Shown: piece after piece, positions 58,204 through 64,000 of the stretch | Layout: the number at the start of each line of letters is the position of its first letter | How positions within the stretch are numbered: the first letter of the stretch is position 1 | Origin: Candidatus Poribacteria bacterium | GTDB lineage: Bacteria > Poribacteria > WGA-4E > WGA-3G | Direction: 5' to 3' | Length of the DNA stretch: 64,000 nt | NCBI GenBank assembly: GCA_963665235.2 | Contig: CAXXLX010000001.1 | Coordinates: forward strand, 1,024,001-1,088,000 | Position numbers and translations under genes: made by a program | The notes under the pieces: generated by a model | Told to the model about the DNA's origin: nothing | Database searches by the model: none | What the model saw: the letters and a program-made list of their open reading frames with translations, nothing else

Positions 58204-59580
58204 TCACAACAGTTGACTCTCCCACCATGAGAGATAATCTGCATCGCTTATATCGGGTGAAAGCCCACGCTTTTCCATACCCTGCCTGAAATTTTCAGCC
58301 ATGTGTTCATCCCAATAGGAGGTAACCTCTGGCGACTCCGGTGTTTCCCCCATATCCCCTGTCGCCTCTATCCACGTGTCCAGTTGTGCAGCCAGCTCAT
58401 CTCGAACCACCTCATAATTTCCATCAGCGGCTAGATTGTTAACCTCGTACGGGTCCGCCTGTAGGTCATACAGTTCCACCGCAGGACGGGTCTGTTGCAC
58501 GAACAGCTGTTGCGCCGGTGACAATTCGCCACTTTGCGAAAGCACCTGTAGCAGCGTCCACACCGGATATTGTAATTTTTTATACGAATTGAATTGCATA
58601 TAGGGCAGTTCAGGATGATAATTGCGAATGAGTTTATAGCGGTGCGTGCGAATACATCGAATCCGGTCATCGGTACCGTCACATCGGTCCCGCGCTGCGA
58701 AGATAGCCTTGCGCCGTGCTGCTTCAGGACCGAGGAAAATTTGTCCTTGCATATAGTCCGGTATTGGAATGCCAGCCAGCGACAGCGTCGTCGGCGTGAA
58801 ATCAACCCCACTGATAAGTGAATCATCGACAGTGCCGGGCTCAACCTGCCCTGGCCAGCGAACAATCAGCGGAATGTGAATACCGCCATCGTAGAGAAAT
58901 TGCTTGCATCGGACATGCGCACGCCCATGGTCGCTCATAAAAAAGACAACAGTGTTATCTGAGAGCCCCTCCGCGTCCAACCGTTCCAGAATTTGCCCTA
59001 CCTTCCGGTCCAAAATCTGGATACTTTCGAGATAAAGTGCCCAATCCTTGCGTGTAAGCAGATGGTCCGGATAGTAAGGCGGCACTTCCACATCATCCGG
59101 ATGAATTGGCCGTTCCGGGTCCGGTTTAAAAACGCGGTGCGTATCGGGAATGTTAATTTGGGCATAAAAAGGCTGTCCTTCCGGGCGTTCACGCCAATCT
59201 ATGCCATCAAAAGGCTGCTCACGTTTGAAGTTAAAATCGGTTTTACCGGGACGTTTATAGGGCGGGCCGGGGCTATTGCAAGTAAAATATCCCGCCTCTC
59301 GGAAGCAGTCAGTGATGAGCTGCATATCAGCTCGCAGCGGTTTATCCCGATTGCTCCGATGGTTATGAGCATCAAAATTGGTTTGATATGTCCCCGTAAT
59401 AAGCGTAGAGCGGCTCGGTGAGCAGACAGGACATGTAACAAACGCACTGGTATAACGCGTACCCTCCGCCGCCAGTCGGTCAATATTCGGCGTTTGCACA
59501 GCAGGTGTCCCGTAGCAGCCGAGTTCAGGCGAAAGATCTTCGCCATAAATCCAGAGAATGTTCGGTTGTTTCGCTGACAT
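58204..59580 (-). CDS. Sulfatase (Cys-type, formylglycine-dependent)
   Basis: QPNILWI, PVCSPSRS, SDHG, LYDGGIHIPLIVRWP and ELYDL..DPYE; AAGGAGG RBS before ATG 59580. Confidence 0.92.
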   Translation of the reverse strand: MSAKQPNILWIYGEDLSPELGCYGTPAVQTPNIDRLAAEGTRYTSAFVTCPVCSPSRSTLITGTYQTNFDAHNHRSNRDKPLRADMQLITDCFREAGYFTCNSPGPPYKRPGKTDFNFKREQPFDGIDWRERPEGQPFYAQINIPDTHRVFKPDPERPIHPDDVEVPPYYPDHLLTRKDWALYLESIQILDRKVGQILERLDAEGLSDNTVVFFMSDHGRAHVRCKQFLYDGGIHIPLIVRWPGQVEPGTVDDSLISGVDFTPTTLSLAGIPIPDYMQGQIFLGPEAARRKAIFAARDRCDGTDDRIRCIRTHRYKLIRNYHPELPYMQFNSYKKLQYPVWTLLQVLSQSGELSPAQQLFVQQTRPAVELYDLQADPYEVNNLAADGNYEVVRDELAAQLDTWIEATGDMGETPESPEVTSYWDEHMAENFRQGMEKRGLSPDISDADYLSWWESQLL

Positions 59581-59590
59581 AATAACCTCC

Positions 59591-60436
59591 TTACACTGCC
59601 CCGTTAACATTACCCACCACATACCGACTACGGAACAGAGTTCGCCGCATCGGCGGCATCGCTTCAAGCAGTTTCGGATGCGGCTGATAAACCTTAGCAT
59701 AACCGCTGTCTACCGGACTGTATAGGTTGAATACCGCCAACCTATCGTTGTCGGTATTGGTCCACGTCGACGCGCTGTGCGTAAGTGCTTCTGTAAAAAA
59801 GAGGAGCGACCCTGCGGGGCAACCGTAAGTGCTCCAAATATCCGAATCCGGATTTTGGATTTCCGCTGGGGCCGTATAAACCGCCTTATGACTGCCGGTC
59901 ACTAAGAGGGTGCCACCTTGCCCCTTCTTGACCTCGTTCAGTTCCCACACAATACGGGTGTGCGGACTGTACCCTTTACCGGGAAAAGCATTATAGTAGT
60001 GTGCATCCCCGGGAAATCGGAGGAGCCCATTGCCATTGTGCGGACCAAAGTTCCCCATACTAGGCGTACGATAAAAGAGATGCGTGCTCTCAACAGAAAA
60101 ACCGTAGCATGCAGGACTCGTCACGGCTGGGTGTGCCGTAAATTCGTTTAGAAGTGAGACAACGAGCGGATGGTCAATCAATTTCTGAAGAGGGCCACCG
60201 AGCGTGCTACGTTCGTGTTCCGGAATAGATTCGGGGTCGTGGTGGAGGCGAAGTGCAAAATCACGCATCTCCGCCAATTCTGGCCCCGTGAAAACCGCGG
60301 GTATCAGCAACCATCCATGCGTATCAAAAGCATATTTCTGCTCCGCAGTAAGTTCGGGAACGGTTACACCATCAGCATTGCAGGTCGGCAGTTCACATGG
60401 ACCTGACGGTAATATTGAGCTGTCATGTATTTCCAT
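59591..60436 (-). CDS. PhyH-like Fe(II)/2OG enzyme with HxG motif
   Basis: QKYAFDTHGWL, PHNG, WEL, GSHKA, AGSLLFFTEALTH and a conserved R. Confidence 0.75.
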   Translation of the reverse strand: MEIHDSSILPSGPCELPTCNADGVTVPELTAEQKYAFDTHGWLLIPAVFTGPELAEMRDFALRLHHDPESIPEHERSTLGGPLQKLIDHPLVVSLLNEFTAHPAVTSPACYGFSVESTHLFYRTPSMGNFGPHNGNGLLRFPGDAHYYNAFPGKGYSPHTRIVWELNEVKKGQGGTLLVTGSHKAVYTAPAEIQNPDSDIWSTYGCPAGSLLFFTEALTHSASTWTNTDNDRLAVFNLYSPVDSGYAKVYQPHPKLLEAMPPMRRTLFRSRYVVGNVNGAV

Positions 60437-60449
60437 TTTCACATCCCCC

Positions 60450-61373
60450 TTAAATTTCGATAGGATACGCGGAGGTGCGATTGCCGAAATCTCCGTTAAC
60501 AACGTTTCCACCCGCGTAAGCCTCGCGAAAAAGCGTTTGACGTTGGGCAGGCATCGCCGCTATAAGTTGCGGATGCGGTGCCCAATTAGACCAACGACTC
60601 GCCACCGTGTTATACAAATTGGAGATACGCACTCGGTCCGGAGAAGAAATGCCAGCAATGTGCATCTGCGTCATCGATGCTGTCAAAAAGACAAGCGAAC
60701 CCGGCGGACACTGATATGTTTCCCAGAGCGATGAATTTGCTGACTGAACCCCTGCTGGCATCGAATATGCAGCCTTGTGGCTTCCTGCAATAAAGCGATA
60801 GTTATTTGTTTGTGCCTCAACCTCCGTGAGTTCCCATATCGCGCGCGTTAACCCGCTCCACCCGCGTCCGGGCACACATCGATAGATATGAGAATCGCCC
60901 GGCAATCGAAACAAACCGTGCCCGCTGTGTGGGGTGTCCTGTGATTCTGCGGGTGTAGCCCCGGCTCCGAAAATCAGCTCCGGTTCTTCAAGTCGGAACC
61001 CGTAGCACTCCTCACTCGCAGCGGGCGGGTATGCCAAAAACTCGTTTAAAAATCCGACAACAACCGGGTGGTCCGCCAACCTCTGTAGGGGTCCCCCAAG
61101 TGCACACCGCTGCGGCACTGGAATACTGTCAGGTTTAGTGTGCAGGCGTTCACAAAACTCCCGCATTTCTGTTATTTCCGTCGCCGATAAAACATCCGGA
61201 ATTAAAAGCAGCCCAATCCGATCGAAATCATATTTCTGTTTCTGTGTCGGAACGACAACAGACAAACCATCGGCATTAGTTTGTGTCAACGCTTCAGGTT
61301 CAACCTCAACAGCACTGCCGAGATTTTTATTCACAATAAAAGGTTTTTTCGTCGCAAGCTCTCTATAAGCCAT
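60450..61373 (-). CDS. PhyH-like protein, degenerate paralog of 59591..60436
   Basis: QKYDFDRIGLL, PHSG, WEL, GSHKA and GSLVFLTASMTQ; GGAGG RBS. Confidence 0.7.
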   Translation of the reverse strand: MAYRELATKKPFIVNKNLGSAVEVEPEALTQTNADGLSVVVPTQKQKYDFDRIGLLLIPDVLSATEITEMREFCERLHTKPDSIPVPQRCALGGPLQRLADHPVVVGFLNEFLAYPPAASEECYGFRLEEPELIFGAGATPAESQDTPHSGHGLFRLPGDSHIYRCVPGRGWSGLTRAIWELTEVEAQTNNYRFIAGSHKAAYSMPAGVQSANSSLWETYQCPPGSLVFLTASMTQMHIAGISSPDRVRISNLYNTVASRWSNWAPHPQLIAAMPAQRQTLFREAYAGGNVVNGDFGNRTSAYPIEI

Positions 61374-61571
61374 CAGTGTATTTCCTCCAGGCACAATGTT
61401 CGCGTGCATAGAGTATGCCACAAAACCGCTAAACTGTCAAGCGCATCACACACCCCACACCCAGGATTATTTAGTTCTCCATATTTTTCGCTGTTTGTTC
61501 AACACCCCTCTTATGTAGGTGCGTGCTGTGTCCTCTCTTCTGACAAAAAAACAAAAACACACCGCCCCCTC

Positions 61572-61724
61572 TTAGCCACAGCGGAGCGGTATGTTTATAG
61601 AATTTATGGCTGTTAGCTTATAGCTATTGGTAATAGCGAGAAGGTTGTGATGCTAAGCATATCTCTGCCGCGCATCAAAAACCTCTTCTTCTTGCTAATA
61701 GCCAATAGCCAATAGCCAATAACT
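61572..61724. repeat. Heptamer-armed intergenic repeat
   Basis: ttagccacagcggagcggtatgtttatag unit; ggctgtt/agctatt and gccaata arms; core inverted relative to the 33486 copy. Confidence 0.65.
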
Positions 61725-63990
61725 AAAAATGCAATTTATATAACAACTTCACATTTCTGCCCGGCTCCGGTTTCACCGACTTGATAAGAGACAGATGTTC
61801 TCGGTATTCCGTATTGAAGATATTTTCAAACTCAACAACCAGCATGCTCTGAAGTTGCCACACTGAAAAGTTGAGATAACCGCCAATATCATAGACGCGA
61901 TATCCAGCTGTCCGCTCCTCAAACTCACCCAGCCGGTCCTGACTTGCAGCAAAACGGGAGGTTAAATCGATATGAAAAGCAGGCTGCGCGTATCTAAAAA
62001 CGAGTTTACCGTTGAGCGGCGGAATGCGCTCCAACGGCTTACCGTTCGACGCAACTGTTCCGTTGACATAACTCATATTGAATTGGAGGTGAAAGTAGGG
62101 AAACATCTCCCCCTCAATCTGGAGCTCCGCACCATCCATCACAACGTCCTGGCCGGTATATTGATAAATCCATAACCACCCGGCTGCACCACTGCCCCAC
62201 TCCTTCGTTCCAGTGTTCGTCGGAATGAGATAGTTCTGTATCTGATTCCTGAACAAGGCTAGATTGAGTTTGACCCTATTACCTGAATATCGAGCAAAAA
62301 GTTCCGTACCATATCCGTTTTCATGCTTCAATTCAGCGTTCCCAATTTCGTAGGAATAGACCGCTAGATGCGGACCATCGCTGAAAAGCTCCTCAATACC
62401 CGGCGCGCGAAACGTTTTCATTAAGGTAGCCCCGGTGCTGACCCTGTCGGTCCAATAGTAGATGCCGGAAACAGCAGCCGATAGACCGTTAAAGTCGCGG
62501 CGTTCAACGGTACCAGCCCGAATGACAGTGCCGGGTCTAAACGGTTCAGCCCGTCTAATATCGTAACGGATAGCCCCTTGTAAAGTGAAGTTATTGAGGT
62601 TATACTGATTTAGATAGAAACCAGCCAATGCAAATTCGCGGGTGTGAGGTGTCCAGTAAAATCCGCCTGTTGCATGGTCCCGATATTCCCCCCAAACACC
62701 AACGATAGCGTTCTCTAACATGTAAGCCATCGCCGAGACATTGTAGGTTAGCACGCCGAATTCCACACCAAGCGTACCGTTGCCCTCTATCTCCTGATGC
62801 TGATAGCGGGTGTAGGCTGCCTGGAGTTTAATCTTATCAAGCCACGGCATCCCGAAACGATACGCCAACTGACCCTCATAACGTTGTCGGGCCAGGGCAA
62901 TGTTAACACCGGTAAGATGCCCCTCCGGGGAGCCGGGGACACCGTAATTCGAGCGGTAGCTGCTTCCAGAAACCCCCATGAAACCCCAGGGCTTAATCAA
63001 CGAAACCCCGCTTGAAAAATTGACATTCGACAAACCCGTGTTCTCAAGCGAACCGATTGGCGTTTGGATGTCCGATGCAAGACGGCGATTCCATGCAACA
63101 TTTCCTGCAAACTCCCCAATTGGAAAGGTGAAATCTGTCGAGGTTGTCCGACCCGAATTCACAGATTCACCTTGGAGCGTTAAATGCATGGCAAGCCGTT
63201 TCGGCAAAATTTCCTGGATATTACTGTTCTTAACATTGATGACACCGCCTAATGTACTTGAACCGTAGATAAGCGATGCAGGGCCACGCGTAATTTCAAT
63301 CCCCTCCGCAGCTGCTGGGTCAATTGATACAGCATGGTCCGCACTAGATGCAGATTTATCACCTGTACGTTCACCGTTTTCAAGAATCAGCAGTCTATCG
63401 CCACCTAACCCTCTAATCATAGGGCGTGCAACTGCACGGCCCATCATCCGTTGCGAAGTACCAACCTCGTCTGACAACGTATCCGCCAGGGTCATCCCTA
63501 TCCGTTTTTGAAGTTCAACCTCCGATAATACCAAGTCGGTTGTTTTAGCAAACTGTGAAATATCTCGGTTCGATCCGTGCACCGTAACCTTTTTCAATTC
63601 AAACAGCTGCCGCTCCAATTCAATCAGTAGTCCTTGCGTCTTTTCATTGACAACAACCGCCTCTTTAAGCGATTGATATCCCGTTTTAGCGAACCGAAGC
63701 GTCTGCTGTCCTTCTGGCACCGCCTCAAATTGGAACTGCCCGTTCGCGTCGGTAAGCACTGTCTTCTCAAGCGAAATGATATGGACAGTAACCCCAGCAA
63801 GCGTGTTCTGACGCAATACATCAATTACTTTCCCCCGCAGTGTCCAGGTTTTAACATGGGCACTTTCGGCGTTTTGGGGACAGCAAAACGGACACGTAAC
63901 GTTCAATAGGAGAGCAAATAGTAGGGAGGCGCGCCGCAAAAGCGCGCTTCCCAGAGAAGCTCTGTGCGTACAAGTACAAGCACATAACAT
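61723..63990 (-). CDS. TonB-dependent outer-membrane receptor
   Basis: CarboxypepD-like N-domain; plug RPMIRGLGGDR and IEITRGPASLIYG; FRAP..EEL, NIFN.EY, GRN and terminal F; start may lie outside the window. Confidence 0.9.
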   Translation of the reverse strand: MLCACTCTHRASLGSALLRRASLLFALLLNVTCPFCCPQNAESAHVKTWTLRGKVIDVLRQNTLAGVTVHIISLEKTVLTDANGQFQFEAVPEGQQTLRFAKTGYQSLKEAVVVNEKTQGLLIELERQLFELKKVTVHGSNRDISQFAKTTDLVLSEVELQKRIGMTLADTLSDEVGTSQRMMGRAVARPMIRGLGGDRLLILENGERTGDKSASSADHAVSIDPAAAEGIEITRGPASLIYGSSTLGGVINVKNSNIQEILPKRLAMHLTLQGESVNSGRTTSTDFTFPIGEFAGNVAWNRRLASDIQTPIGSLENTGLSNVNFSSGVSLIKPWGFMGVSGSSYRSNYGVPGSPEGHLTGVNIALARQRYEGQLAYRFGMPWLDKIKLQAAYTRYQHQEIEGNGTLGVEFGVLTYNVSAMAYMLENAIVGVWGEYRDHATGGFYWTPHTREFALAGFYLNQYNLNNFTLQGAIRYDIRRAEPFRPGTVIRAGTVERRDFNGLSAAVSGIYYWTDRVSTGATLMKTFRAPGIEELFSDGPHLAVYSYEIGNAELKHENGYGTELFARYSGNRVKLNLALFRNQIQNYLIPTNTGTKEWGSGAAGWLWIYQYTGQDVVMDGAELQIEGEMFPYFHLQFNMSYVNGTVASNGKPLERIPPLNGKLVFRYAQPAFHIDLTSRFAASQDRLGEFEERTAGYRVYDIGGYLNFSVWQLQSMLVVEFENIFNTEYREHLSLIKSVKPEPGRNVKLLYKLHF

Positions 63991-64000
63991 ACCAATTCAC

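Noticed and set aside
57926-58244. ORFs with EEWK/GRME/PSSIL repeats
   Set aside because: They are translations of the octamer tandem repeat, open in several frames, with no RBS or domain

Overview
A roughly 50% GC bacterial chromosome segment, inferred to be from Candidatus Poribacteria or a relative (signal-peptide WD40 protein, several PhyH dioxygenases and sulfatases, DUF6785-like membrane protein, dense intergenic repeats). The backbone is housekeeping: ffh-rpsP-khpA-trmD-rplS-rnhB-yraN, rnpB, nrdJ, moeA, fmt-PASTA-rpe-rsmE-mtaB, yggS-proC-yggT-(ileS-like)-lspA and tatAC. Five TnpB elements are present. Four are 1.8-kb IS607 copies whose TnpB has pro-Fanzor/Fanzor2-type RuvC signatures and a ~160-aa N-terminal extension encoded in the +1 frame of tnpA. 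That frame persists where tnpA is dead. All four inserted at AGG, two of them in a Shine-Dalgarno site 7 nt upstream of an ATG. The fifth is a solo IS200/IS605 tnpB. Other highlights are a full-length IleRS paralog lacking HIGH and KMSKS at the canonical ileS locus, a probable UGA-selenocysteine rhodanese missed by the ORF track, two PhyH proteins with HxG motifs, a Thr-type sulfatase-fold enzyme, a 66-bp duplication around a repeat insertion at yggS/proC, and nested REP-like repeats. All family assignments come from reading motifs by eye. No database searches were run.
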